A DNA stretch of 64,000 nucleotides from Candidatus Blautia faecigallinarum (GCA_019116385.1 DXBU01000017.1:2930-66929); one strand, 5' to 3'. Numbered from the stretch's first letter, positions 1-9,489 are shown. Translations and numbers: made by a program. The notes: generated from the sequence alone by a model not told the origin.

Positions 1-879
1 GTTGTTGCTGCTACAGACGGTGTTATGGCTCAGACTAAAGAGCATATCCTTCTTTCCCGTCAGGTAGGTGTTCCTTACATCGTAGTATTCATGAACAAAT
101 GTGACATGGTAGACGATGAAGAGCTCCTTGAGTTAGTAGAAATGGAAATCCGCGAGCTGTTAAGCGAGTATGATTTCCCGGGAGATGACATTCCGGTTAT
201 CCGTGGTTCCGCTCTGAAGGCTCTGGAAGATCCCAGCAGCGAGTGGGGCGACAAGATCATGGAGTTAATGGATGCTGTTGACGAGTACATTCCGGATCCG
301 CAGCGTGATACTGACAAGCCATTCGTTATGCCTGTAGAGGACGTATTCTCCATCACCGGACGTGGTACTGTTGCTACTGGTAGAGTAGAGGCTGGTACTC
401 TTCATGTATCCGAGGAAGTTGAGATCGTTGGTATCAAAGAAGAAACACGTAAAGTCGTTGTAACCGGTATCGAAATGTTCCGTAAGCTTCTTGACGAGGC
501 TCAGGCTGGTGACAACATCGGTGCTCTTCTTCGTGGTGTTCAGAGAAACGAGATCGAAAGAGGACAGGTTCTTGCAAAACCAGGTACTATCACCTGCCAC
601 ACCAAGTTCACTGCTCAGGTTTACGTTCTGACAAAAGATGAAGGTGGCCGTCATACACCATTCTTCAACAACTATCGTCCGCAGTTCTACTTCAGAACAA
701 CAGACGTTACAGGTGTTATCACTCTTCCGGAAGGAACAGAGATGTGCATGCCTGGAGATAACATCGAGATGACCATCGAGCTGATCCACCCGATCGCTAT
801 GGGACAGGGTCTTACCTTCGCTATCCGTGAAGGCGGACGTACTGTTGGATCAGGCCGTGTTGCTACCGTTATCGAGTAG
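1..879 (+). CDS. tuf: Elongation factor Tu (5' part lies outside the window)
   Basis: Frame is open from base 1 ([15 protein letters not shown]). EF-Tu motifs [24 protein letters not shown] and REGGRTVG are present. Confidence 0.99.
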   Translation, partial: VVAATDGVMAQTKEHILLSRQVGVPYIVVFMNKCDMVDDEELLELVEMEIRELLSEYDFPGDDIPVIRGSALKALEDPSSEWGDKIMELMDAVDEYIPDPQRDTDKPFVMPVEDVFSITGRGTVATGRVEAGTLHVSEEVEIVGIKEETRKVVVTGIEMFRKLLDEAQAGDNIGALLRGVQRNEIERGQVLAKPGTITCHTKFTAQVYVLTKDEGGRHTPFFNNYRPQFYFRTTDVTGVITLPEGTEMCMPGDNIEMTIELIHPIAMGQGLTFAIREGGRTVGSGRVATVIE

Positions 880-1012
880 GCATTGAACACTTAATGAGTG
901 CAGAGCACGAATTTAGTGAGAAAGCCGTTCTTTGAGCAAAGCGAAAAGAACTACATTAGATAAAAATATAGAAAAGGTATCAGACGATACCATTGTGTCC
1001 AAGCATAAGATT

Positions 1013-1043
1013 GCCCCGGAACCGTAAGGTTTCCGGGGTTTTT
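1013..1043 (+). terminator. Intrinsic terminator downstream of tuf
   Basis: ccccggaa-ccgtaaggt-ttccgggg stem followed by ttttt. Confidence 0.8.
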
Positions 1044-1185
1044 CTGTTGTACGGGAACCGCGCGGCCGGAAAAAGAAAACCGCCGCTCTGTCTGTATTTT
1101 TTACATAAAATGAAAAATATGGGGATATTTTTGCAGGAATAACGTCTAATCTATGTTTGTCTATGTTTGTGGTAAAAGAATTATT

Positions 1186-1214
1186 TTGACATTTCTGTGG
1201 GTACATGATAATAT
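1186..1214 (+). promoter_or_regulatory. SigA-type promoter of candidate antitoxin RNA
   Basis: TTGACA (1186-1191), 17-bp spacer, extended -10 TGnTAATAT (1206-1214). No protein ORF follows before a terminator. Confidence 0.65.
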
Positions 1215-1220
1215 GATTGT

Positions 1221-1309
1221 AGAAAGAGTGCTGCCGATAGACGGTTAGCCCATATACTTAATTGATTAAAAATAACCGTTCAGTTTGCGAGGCTGGGGCG
1301 GTTATTTTT
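1221..1309 (+). ncRNA. Candidate type I antitoxin small RNA
   Basis: About 90 nt between a consensus promoter and a bidirectional terminator. Its 3' end is antisense to the last codons and terminator of the small toxin-like ORF. Ends are inferred, not measured. Confidence 0.55.
1268..1309. terminator. Bidirectional terminator shared by toxin mRNA and antisense RNA
   Basis: aaaaataaccg ... cggttattttt inverted repeat with A/T tracts on both sides. The toxin stop codon lies within the stem. Confidence 0.75.
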
Positions 1310-1400
1310 GTGTCTTGTTATTATCTTTTCCGAATGTGTATCCGGCACAAAAGCAGGTTATGCCGAAGCTAACAACTGCAATGAAATCCAAAATACTCAT
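1302..1400 (-). CDS. Small hydrophobic peptide, candidate type I toxin (MSILDFIAVVSFGITCFCAGYTFGKDNNKTQK, 32 aa); absent from the ORF track
   Basis: Translated by hand. Strong RBS AAAAGGAGG about 8 nt upstream, one hydrophobic helix followed by a polar Lys-containing tail, own promoter and terminator. Confidence 0.75.
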   Translation of the reverse strand: MSILDFIAVVSFGITCFCAGYTFGKDNNKTQK

Positions 1401-1526
1401 TGGCTTGGCCCTCCTTTTGAGAGATTTCCGCCAGAATGTTCTGGGGATTTCTATGTAATCGGAGGGTCACAGTCCCTCCGTTGAAGGACTAACCGCCTAC
1501 CGCTTTTTGGCAGCACCCATGCATTG

Positions 1527-1555
1527 ATTATACCAATGGAAACATAGGGCTGCAA
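1527..1555 (-). promoter_or_regulatory. SigA-type promoter of the small peptide gene
   Basis: Minus strand TTGCAG-17 bp-TATAAT with TG extension, implying a ~120-nt structured 5' UTR. Confidence 0.7.
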
Positions 1556-1745
1556 GTCCCTTCCATTTAATAAGAACTCTGATGTAGTTTTATTTCAAAA
1601 TAATGCACATATGCTGATGCAGCTTTTGAAAATCTTATAGATTTTATTATCAGATCAATACTGGTAAATAAATTAAAAACAGAGTATACTTGGTTTATGA
1701 TGTTGAGTTCAAAAGAAAACAGTTAAAGAAACGAGGTGCAAAGAC

Positions 1746-2792
1746 ATGAAAATAGGAATTCTCGGGGCCGGTCGTATCGCGATAAAGATGGCGGAGACGA
1801 TCAAAGGGCTGGAAAAGCCGGAAAACATGGAAAGAGCCATCGCTCAGATGTATCCGGACCGGAAGGCTGGGGACACAATGCAGCCGCTTCCCCAGGTGGA
1901 ACGCACAGCGGTGGCCGCCAGAGAACTGGAAAGGGCAAAAAAGTTTGCGGATGAATATGGGTTTCACAAGGCATATGGCTCCTATGAAGAGCTCCTGGCG
2001 GATCCGGAGATCGAACTGGTCTATATCGCCCTTCCCCATTCTCACCACTGCGAATGGACGAAAGCTGCATTGGAGGCCGGAAAAAATGTATTATGTGAGA
2101 AAGCCTTTGCCATGAACGAAGAGGAAGCCAGAGAAATGCTGGAGCTGGCTGAAAAGAAAAACCTGCTTCTGACAGAGGCGATCTGGACCAGATATATGCC
2201 GGCCAGAAAAATGATTGATGATATCATCGAAAGAGGCGAGATCGGACAGGTGCACTCACTTTCGGCAAACCTGGGATATCCGGTCACTCATAAAGAGCGC
2301 GTGATGAAACCGGAGCTGGGCGGCGGAGCAATGCTGGACCTGACGGTTTATCCTTTGAATTTTGCAAGTATGGTCTTTGGAGATAAAATAAAGGGATTTT
2401 CCGCATCCTGCATCATGGATAAGAGCGGCGTGGACGGACAGGACCAGGTGACGATCGCATATGAAGACGGAAAGGCGGCTGTTTTATCCAGTTCCATGTA
2501 TACAATGACAGACCGCACCGGATGGATATTCGGAGATAAGGGAATGATGGAAGTCCAGAATATCAATAATCCGGAGGCGATCCGTCTGTACGAATGCGAG
2601 GACGGAGGAAGTCCGCGTGTCACAAAAGAATATTCCATTCCGCCTCAGATCTCCGGTTATGAGTATGAGGTAGTATCCTGCGCCCTGGCTCTTATGGAAG
2701 GAAAGACCGAGTGCGTGGAAATGCCTCACAGTGAAACGATAGAGATCATGCGCCAGATGGACGAGATCAGGAAATCCTGGAAAGCCTTTTAA
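1746..2792 (+). CDS. Gfo/Idh/MocA family oxidoreductase
   Basis: GILGAGRIA Rossmann motif, LCEKAF, AIWTRY and GGAMLDLTVY. Confidence 0.9.
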   Translation: MKIGILGAGRIAIKMAETIKGLEKPENMERAIAQMYPDRKAGDTMQPLPQVERTAVAARELERAKKFADEYGFHKAYGSYEELLADPEIELVYIALPHSHHCEWTKAALEAGKNVLCEKAFAMNEEEAREMLELAEKKNLLLTEAIWTRYMPARKMIDDIIERGEIGQVHSLSANLGYPVTHKERVMKPELGGGAMLDLTVYPLNFASMVFGDKIKGFSASCIMDKSGVDGQDQVTIAYEDGKAAVLSSSMYTMTDRTGWIFGDKGMMEVQNINNPEAIRLYECEDGGSPRVTKEYSIPPQISGYEYEVVSCALALMEGKTECVEMPHSETIEIMRQMDEIRKSWKAF

Positions 2793-2846
2793 AAAGGCAG
2801 GAAAGAACAGTAAAAGCCGTAAGGTGCAGAAGGAGAGGGAAAATAC

Positions 2847-3695
2847 ATGGCAAAGAATTATCGTGCGGAATTGACAGGGGTTTTTGGAGATCCGGTAGAC
2901 GACAACCCCACCGGAGTGGTGGAAGAGGCGGCCTTTCAGGAAAAAGGGCTGAACTACCGCTATCTTACCATTAAGGTGCTGCCGGAGGATCTGGAGGATG
3001 CGATGAAGAGCGTCCGTATCTTCGGCATGAAAGGGATCAATCTGACTATGCCCCATAAGGTAAAGGTGCTTTCCTATCTGGATGAGCTGAGCGAGGCGGC
3101 AGAGATCATCGGAGCGGTGAACACAGTGATCAACCGGGATGGGAAGCTTTACGGAGAAAATACAGACGGGAAGGGATTTGTTACCGCCCTTGAAGAATCC
3201 GGCACAGACTTAAAAGATAAGGTCGTCACGATCTTAGGCGCAGGCGGGGCAGCCAGAGCCATCGCGGTGGAATGCGCCCTTCGCGGTGCAAAACAGATCA
3301 CGATCATCAACCGCAGCGAAGAAAGAGGAGCAGAACTGGCAAAGCTTCTTAATGAAAAGACCGACTGTCCGGCCCGGTATCTGAAATGGACAAGCGCTAT
3401 GGAGATCCCAGGGGATACCCAGATCCTGATCAATGCCACATCGGCAGGCTTTTCTCCCAATGTAAAGGAAAAGCCGGATATTGCTTATGATACGGTGACG
3501 GCGTCCATGTGTGTATGCGATGTTGTCTTTAACCCGGCGGAGACCGTATTTCTTGCAGAGGCGGCAAAACGCGGTGCAAAGACGGTGAACGGCCTTGGAA
3601 TGCTGGTGCGTCAGGCTGCGCTGAATTTTACCCTCTGGACAGGAGAAGAGGCGCCGCTGGACATCATGACGGAGGCGCTCAAAAAGGAATTTTAA
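2847..3695 (+). CDS. Shikimate dehydrogenase family protein (atypical substrate-binding motif)
   Basis: NLTMPHK, GAVNT, NTDG, GAGGAARA, NRS and GLGMLVRQA are present. The N-terminal S-x-S motif is replaced by DNPTG. Confidence 0.88.
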   Translation: MAKNYRAELTGVFGDPVDDNPTGVVEEAAFQEKGLNYRYLTIKVLPEDLEDAMKSVRIFGMKGINLTMPHKVKVLSYLDELSEAAEIIGAVNTVINRDGKLYGENTDGKGFVTALEESGTDLKDKVVTILGAGGAARAIAVECALRGAKQITIINRSEERGAELAKLLNEKTDCPARYLKWTSAMEIPGDTQILINATSAGFSPNVKEKPDIAYDTVTASMCVCDVVFNPAETVFLAEAAKRGAKTVNGLGMLVRQAALNFTLWTGEEAPLDIMTEALKKEF

Positions 3696-3717
3696 AAAAT
3701 ACGAAAAGCTTCATGTG

Positions 3718-3755
3718 ACAGGCGGCGGGAAAAATACCCTGCCGCCTGTATTTTT
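3718..3755 (+). terminator. Intrinsic terminator
   Basis: acaggcggcggg/ccctgccgcctgt stem followed by a T tract. Confidence 0.75.
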
Positions 3756-3900
3756 CCGCAAAAAAGAGAAGTATTGGTTGCGAAAAGTTTAGAATTTGTT
3801 TATAATTGTTTTTATACTGTGATATGGTAATGCTCCATATTGCTATAAGAAAACAGCACCATCAACGGGTGCTGAAATAAAGGGAAAGGAAAGAAACAAA

Positions 3901-5454
3901 ATGGGAGACACAATACAGATACTGATCGCCATGGTCATTTATATGGCTGCGGTGATCGTGATCGGAATCGCTTTTGCCAGAAAGGCAAATGCAAGCTCCG
4001 ACGCTTATTTCCTGGGCGGCAGAAGCTTAGGCCCCTGGGTGACGGCGATGAGCGCGGAGGCGTCGGATATGTCCGGATGGCTCTTGATGGGACTGCCGGG
4101 CGTGGCATACTGGTGCGGTATTGCCGATGCGGCATGGACGGCTATCGGACTGGCAGTAGGTACCTACATAAACTGGCTGATCGTTTCCAAGCGCCTGCGC
4201 CGGTACAGTGTAAAGGCAGGAAACGCTATCACACTTCCGGAATATTTTTCCAACCGTTTTCATGAAAAGCGGAAAGTGATCATGACGATCGCGGCAGTGT
4301 TTATCCTGATCTTCTTCACCGTTTATGCGGCAAGCTGTCTGGTAACCTGCGGAAAATTATTTTCCACACTGTTTGACATGCCATATATTCCAATGATGAT
4401 CGTAGGCGCGGTATTCGTGCTGGTATATACGCTGATCGGAGGTTTCCTGGCGGAGAGCGCTTCCGACTTTATGCAGGCGGTGGTCATGATCGTTGCCCTT
4501 GTAGTAACGGTGATCGTGGGAACCATCGCGGCAGGCGGCCTTGGGGAAGTGCTGGACAACGCAAGATCCATTCCGGGATTCCTGGAATTTTTCGGAATCG
4601 CCACGCCGGAGATGGCAGACGGCGTACAGCAGATCGTAAATGGAGAGCCTCAGTTTGGGGCGGCGGGCCAGTACAGCCTTTTGTCCGCTGTATCCAATTT
4701 GGCATGGGGACTTGGCTACTTCGGAGTTCCTCAGGTCCTGCTCCGTTTCATGGCTATCCGCAGTGAAAACGAGCTGACCCGTTCCCGCCGGATCGCTACC
4801 GTATGGGTGGTGATCTCACTGACCATCGCGGTGTTCATCGGAGTCATGGGACGTGCCCTTTATCCTGCGGCGCTGACAACCTCCTCAGATGCGGAGAACG
4901 TATTCATCCTTCTGGCGACAAACCTGTTCCCGCCACTTCTGGCAGGCTTTGTGATGGCAGGTATCCTTGCGGCTACCATCAGCTCCTCGGACTCTTATCT
5001 GCTCATTGCGGCGTCCGCTTTTGCGAAGAACATTTACCAGGGCCTGTTCCGGAAGAAAGCTTCTGATAAAGAAGTCCTGAATATTTCCAGGATCACCCTG
5101 CTTTTGATCGCCATAGTGGCTATGATCATCGCTCTTGATGAAAACAGTGTCATCTTCACCATCGTAAGCTTTGCGTGGGCAGGATTCGGAGCCACCTTCG
5201 GACCGCTGATGCTGTTCAGCCTCTTCTGGAAGCGTACCACCCGCGCAGGTGCTGTGGCAGGTATGGTCAGCGGCGCGGCCATGGTATTTATCTGGAACCT
5301 GCTGGTACGTCCATTGGGCGGCCTCTGGGATATCTATGAACTGCTTCCGGCATTCCTGGTTTCCTGCATCTTTATCGTTGTGGTATCTCTGCTCACACCG
5401 GAACCATCCAAGGAGATCCAGAGAGAATTCACAGAAGTGCAGGCCGGAAAATAA
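3901..5454 (+). CDS. putP: Sodium/proline symporter (SSS family)
   Basis: YFLGGRSLGPWVTAMSAEASDMSGWLLMGLPG and WAGFGATFGP motifs, many TM helices. TTGCGA-N17-TATAAT promoter upstream. Confidence 0.88.
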   Translation: MGDTIQILIAMVIYMAAVIVIGIAFARKANASSDAYFLGGRSLGPWVTAMSAEASDMSGWLLMGLPGVAYWCGIADAAWTAIGLAVGTYINWLIVSKRLRRYSVKAGNAITLPEYFSNRFHEKRKVIMTIAAVFILIFFTVYAASCLVTCGKLFSTLFDMPYIPMMIVGAVFVLVYTLIGGFLAESASDFMQAVVMIVALVVTVIVGTIAAGGLGEVLDNARSIPGFLEFFGIATPEMADGVQQIVNGEPQFGAAGQYSLLSAVSNLAWGLGYFGVPQVLLRFMAIRSENELTRSRRIATVWVVISLTIAVFIGVMGRALYPAALTTSSDAENVFILLATNLFPPLLAGFVMAGILAATISSSDSYLLIAASAFAKNIYQGLFRKKASDKEVLNISRITLLLIAIVAMIIALDENSVIFTIVSFAWAGFGATFGPLMLFSLFWKRTTRAGAVAGMVSGAAMVFIWNLLVRPLGGLWDIYELLPAFLVSCIFIVVVSLLTPEPSKEIQREFTEVQAGK

Positions 5455-5498
5455 AAAGACTGAGAAATTCTTCAAGTAGATCAGAATCGCATCCATAA

Positions 5499-5550
5499 TA
5501 AAATGGTCAGGATACATCCAAGGAAAAGGCTGTATTCTGACCATTTTTTA
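5499..5550. terminator. Bidirectional terminator between putP and convergent MATE gene
   Basis: aaaatggtcaggatac ... gtattctgaccatttt inverted repeat. Confidence 0.7.
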
Positions 5551-5582
5551 TTTTTATCTGACTTTCTGCCGGATCCCTGCTC

Positions 5583-6947
5583 TCAGCGCAGGCCCATACT
5601 GATCTGCCGCAGGCATTTCTTGCGTACAAAGTAGTAGCATACCGCCTGCATGAGGATCGTAGCGATCCAGGAACCGGGATAGGAGATGAATAAAAAGTGG
5701 AGGGTGCGGTTCTGGGGGAAAAACCAGTAGATCCACACGATCCTGGTACCCACGGTCCCGATGATGGATAAGATCATGGGAACGGCGGAATGGCCGGTGC
5801 CCCGCAGGGAACCGGGGATCAGGTCCATGATCCCGCAGAGGAAATAGGGAACGGTGGTGATGGATAAAATCTCCAAACCGCATTGGATCACTTCCTTATC
5901 AGAGGTATAGATTTTCAAAACCTGATTGCCGAATACATAGGCTCCCACTCCAAGTACTACGGACACACTTACGGATAGGAAGATACAGTCCCAAAATACA
6001 CGATCCATACGTTTGGCCTTTCCTACACTGTAATTTTGGCTGGTAAAACTCATACAAGCCTGGGTTACGGCATTGACGGCAGCATATAAAAATCCGAGGA
6101 TATTATTTGCGGCAGTATAACCGGCCATGGCAGTAGAACCGAAGGAATTCACAGAGGACTGCAGGAGGGCATTGGAAAAATTGATTACCGTACTTTGGAT
6201 GCCGGCAGGAATTCCTACCTGGAAAATACGCACCAAATACCGTTTCTTTATTTTAAGCTTGGAAAAGCGGAGCTGGTAGCTGCTTTCGGACTTATAAAGA
6301 CAGCGCATTACCAAAATACTGGAGATCATTTGTGAGGCAACGGTGCCGATGGCGACTCCGGCCACATTTAATGGGATCACAATGACCAGCAATAGATCCA
6401 GGACTACATTAGTAAGACCTGCCACGATAAGATAAGCCAGGGGCCGTTTGGTATCGCCTACCGCTCTTAAAATGGCAGCGCCATAGTTATACAGCATAAA
6501 AAACGGCATGCCCATAAAATAAATCCGCATATACAAGGCGGACAGATCGATCACATTGTCCGGTGTTGCCATCAGTTCCAGGGCAAACCGTGAGGCAGCT
6601 ACCCCTACAAAAGCCATAAGGATCCCGCTTAAGAGGGCCAGAGCAATGGCGGTATGTACTGCCTCGGACATCTCTTTGTCCTTTCCGGCGGCAAAGTACC
6701 GGGCGGCCAGGACATTTGCCCCCAGGGAGACGCCGATAAATAAGTTTGTAAAAATATTGATCAGCGCGGTAGTGGAACCAACCGCTGCAAGAGACTGGCT
6801 TCCGCTGAATCTGCCAACCACGATGATATCTACGGCATTAAACATCAGCTGCAGGATACTGGAAGCCATCAATGGAAGTGCAAAAGAGATCAGTTTGTCC
6901 ATGATCGTTCCATTGCACATGTCTATTTCAAATTTGCTGGTTTTCAA
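5583..6947 (-). CDS. MATE family efflux transporter
   Basis: ALPLMASSILQLMFNAVD, RAVGDTKRPL and GIPAGIQ; about 12 TM helices. Confidence 0.92.
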   Translation of the reverse strand: MKTSKFEIDMCNGTIMDKLISFALPLMASSILQLMFNAVDIIVVGRFSGSQSLAAVGSTTALINIFTNLFIGVSLGANVLAARYFAAGKDKEMSEAVHTAIALALLSGILMAFVGVAASRFALELMATPDNVIDLSALYMRIYFMGMPFFMLYNYGAAILRAVGDTKRPLAYLIVAGLTNVVLDLLLVIVIPLNVAGVAIGTVASQMISSILVMRCLYKSESSYQLRFSKLKIKKRYLVRIFQVGIPAGIQSTVINFSNALLQSSVNSFGSTAMAGYTAANNILGFLYAAVNAVTQACMSFTSQNYSVGKAKRMDRVFWDCIFLSVSVSVVLGVGAYVFGNQVLKIYTSDKEVIQCGLEILSITTVPYFLCGIMDLIPGSLRGTGHSAVPMILSIIGTVGTRIVWIYWFFPQNRTLHFLFISYPGSWIATILMQAVCYYFVRKKCLRQISMGLR

Positions 6948-7146
6948 TGTACATCCCCCTCCATGTAAAGAAAAAAATAAGTCTTTCTATTGCCTATATT
7001 ACTGCGATAGTTTTTGCCGGTCAATAGGGAAGCGGATAAAAAATATTGTGCGGGGAAATAAAATTTGCTATACTCTTTACAGAAATAATTCAGTGAAAAG
7101 CAGACGGCCAAGGAACAGAAAAAGAAGGGAACAAGGAGGGAACGTT

Positions 7147-8121
7147 ATGAAAAAAATCGCTGCAGTACTGGTCTGTATGGCGCTTCTTTTAACCGGTCTG
7201 CCACAGACAGTTTTGGCTGAGAAAGCCAGTGTAGGATCCGTCTCCCGGGAGGAGGGATACACCGGGCTTAAAACGATAAATGGAAAGAAGTATTATTTTA
7301 AAAACGGAAAAAAAGTAACCGGTATGCACAAAATCGGAAATTATTACTACTTCTTTTCCGGAGCTGCCAAAGGCGCAATGTCCGGCGGCTGGAAACTGGT
7401 AAAAGGTCATTTTCGATATTTTGATAAGAAGACCGGAAGGATGGCTGTCAACCGTACAGTAAATGGACGCAGGATCGACAAAAACGGAATCTGGGTACCG
7501 GTTGTAGTTTTAGATCCCGGACATTCTTCCAAAGTGGCCGGAGGATATGAACCGCTAGGTCCCGGGTCCGGTCAGATGAAAGCGAAAGATACCTCCGGTA
7601 CCCAGGGTGTGGCCACCAACGTGCCGGAATACAAGCTGAACCTTACCATAGCAAAAAAACTGAAGACCGTCCTGCAGAAAAGAGGGTATAAGGTCATCCT
7701 CACCCGCACCAACAACAATGTGGCATTAAGCTGCAGGCAAAGGGCAGAAATTGCCAACAAAGCGAAGGCAGATGCCTTCATCCGCATCCATGCCAACGGA
7801 AGCACGTATTCATCGGCCAATGGAGCTATGACCATCTGCACCACGAAAAACAGTCCCTATATGCCTTCTTTATATACAAAGAGCAAAGCCCTTTCCACAC
7901 AGCTCCTTAACGCCTATGTAAAAGCTACCGGCTGTAAAAAGGAATACGTATGGGAAACGGATTCCATGAGCGGCAATAACTGGAGCAAGGTACCCACAAC
8001 GATCATAGAGATGGGCTATATGAGCAACCCTGCGGAAGACCGGAAGATGCAGAACGCATCTTATCAGAAACGAATGGTCCAGGGGATCGCCAATGGGATC
8101 GACCAATATATCATTTCCTAA
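7147..8121 (+). CDS. N-acetylmuramoyl-L-alanine amidase (Amidase_3) with N-terminal cell-wall-binding repeats
   Basis: RBS aggaggg before ATG 7147, signal peptide, aromatic repeats (NGKKYYFK, GNYYYFF, GHFRYFD), Zn ligands LDPGH, E, IHAN and IEMGYMSN. Confidence 0.9.
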   Translation: MKKIAAVLVCMALLLTGLPQTVLAEKASVGSVSREEGYTGLKTINGKKYYFKNGKKVTGMHKIGNYYYFFSGAAKGAMSGGWKLVKGHFRYFDKKTGRMAVNRTVNGRRIDKNGIWVPVVVLDPGHSSKVAGGYEPLGPGSGQMKAKDTSGTQGVATNVPEYKLNLTIAKKLKTVLQKRGYKVILTRTNNNVALSCRQRAEIANKAKADAFIRIHANGSTYSSANGAMTICTTKNSPYMPSLYTKSKALSTQLLNAYVKATGCKKEYVWETDSMSGNNWSKVPTTIIEMGYMSNPAEDRKMQNASYQKRMVQGIANGIDQYIIS

Positions 8122-8133
8122 GAGGTGACATAC

Positions 8134-9474
8134 ATGAAAGAAAAAGTAAAAGATCTGACCAGCGGCTCGCCGGGAAAACTGATCCTGCTTTTAGCGGTTC
8201 CTTTGATGCTGGGCAATATTTTCCAACAGTTCTATACCATGGTGGATACCATGGTAGTGGGCCAGGTAGTCGGGGTAAAGGCTTTGGCTGCTCTTGGCGC
8301 GGTAGACTGGATCGTATGGATGATACTTGGGATCGCCTCGGGCATGACCCAGGGATTTTCCATCCTGGTCTCCCAATACTATGGAGCTCAGAAATGGGAC
8401 GGATTAAAAAAGGCAGTAGCCCGCAGTTACATACTTACAGCTATTTTATCTGTGACAGTATTGGCTGTGAGCCAGGCGGGGGCTGCGCCTCTTCTTAGGC
8501 TTTTAAATACGCCTTCAGATATTATGGGAATGGCGCTGCTGTATCTGCGGGTAGCCCTTTGCGGCGTCCCCTGTATTGCCGCCTATAACTGCCTGGCCTC
8601 CATGTTGAGGGCTATGGGAAACAGCAAGTCTCCTCTTGTTGCCATGATCATTGCCGCACTTATAAATATCTTTCTGGATCTGCTTTTTGTGGCGGGATTT
8701 GGCTGGGGAGTAGGCGGAGCTGCCGCGGCGACTGTCATCGGTCAGACTTTTTCTGCGGTATACTGCTATCTGGTCATTAAAAAAATATCCTATCTGCAGG
8801 TGAAAAAAGAAGACTTCCAGGGAGAACCGGGGATGGATGCCACTCTTTTGAAAATGGGCACCCCTGTATCCCTGCAGAACATCATTATTGCCATAGGCGG
8901 GTTTGCCCTCCAGTTTGCAGTAAATGGATATGGCTCTTTGGTGGTGGCCGGATTTACCGCCACAAATAAAATGTACGGCATTTTGGAGCTGGCGGCTATT
9001 TCTTACGGATATGCTATAACCGCATATGTGGGACAGAATCTAGGCGCAGGAGAAATCGGCAGGATCAAACGAGGAGTAAAAAGCGGAGCGGTGATGGCAG
9101 TGGCCACCTCCTTGTGCATGTCTGTGATCATGCTGATCGCCGGCCGGTTTATCCTTTCACTGTTTATCTCAGGAGAACCGGAACAGGCAAAGATCGCGCT
9201 GGATGTTGCTTTTGGATATCTGGTGGTATTGTCTGTGTGCCTGTGGATCCTTTATCTCTTATATGTATTCCGCTCGGCGATCCAGGGCCTTGGGAATACC
9301 CTGCTTCCCATGCTCAGCGGGGTAGCGGAACTGGTAGTGCGTGTAGTGGTTGTCTTTACTCTTCCGCTTTTTATGGGAAAAGAGGGAATCTATCTGGCGG
9401 AGATCGGAGCCTGGCTGAGTGCCGTCCTGCTCCTGATTCCCGGCTATATATGGAACATAAAAAAATATAAATAA
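8134..9474 (+). CDS. MATE family efflux transporter
   Basis: AVPLMLGNIFQQFYTMVD, RAMGNSKSPL and VGQNLGA. Start placed after RBS gaggtga. Confidence 0.92.
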   Translation: MKEKVKDLTSGSPGKLILLLAVPLMLGNIFQQFYTMVDTMVVGQVVGVKALAALGAVDWIVWMILGIASGMTQGFSILVSQYYGAQKWDGLKKAVARSYILTAILSVTVLAVSQAGAAPLLRLLNTPSDIMGMALLYLRVALCGVPCIAAYNCLASMLRAMGNSKSPLVAMIIAALINIFLDLLFVAGFGWGVGGAAAATVIGQTFSAVYCYLVIKKISYLQVKKEDFQGEPGMDATLLKMGTPVSLQNIIIAIGGFALQFAVNGYGSLVVAGFTATNKMYGILELAAISYGYAITAYVGQNLGAGEIGRIKRGVKSGAVMAVATSLCMSVIMLIAGRFILSLFISGEPEQAKIALDVAFGYLVVLSVCLWILYLLYVFRSAIQGLGNTLLPMLSGVAELVVRVVVVFTLPLFMGKEGIYLAEIGAWLSAVLLLIPGYIWNIKKYK

Positions 9475-9489
9475 ACCAGAATGTGTATA

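Noticed and set aside
3807-3900. Two small hairpins in the putP leader as a possible riboswitch or T-box
   Set aside because: The leader is too short for a T-box, with no terminator and no recognisable consensus.
6556-7146. Long N-terminal extension of the amidase ORF (521 aa in the track)
   Set aside because: It is antisense to the MATE gene and crosses the divergent promoter region. The RBS and signal peptide point to ATG 7147.
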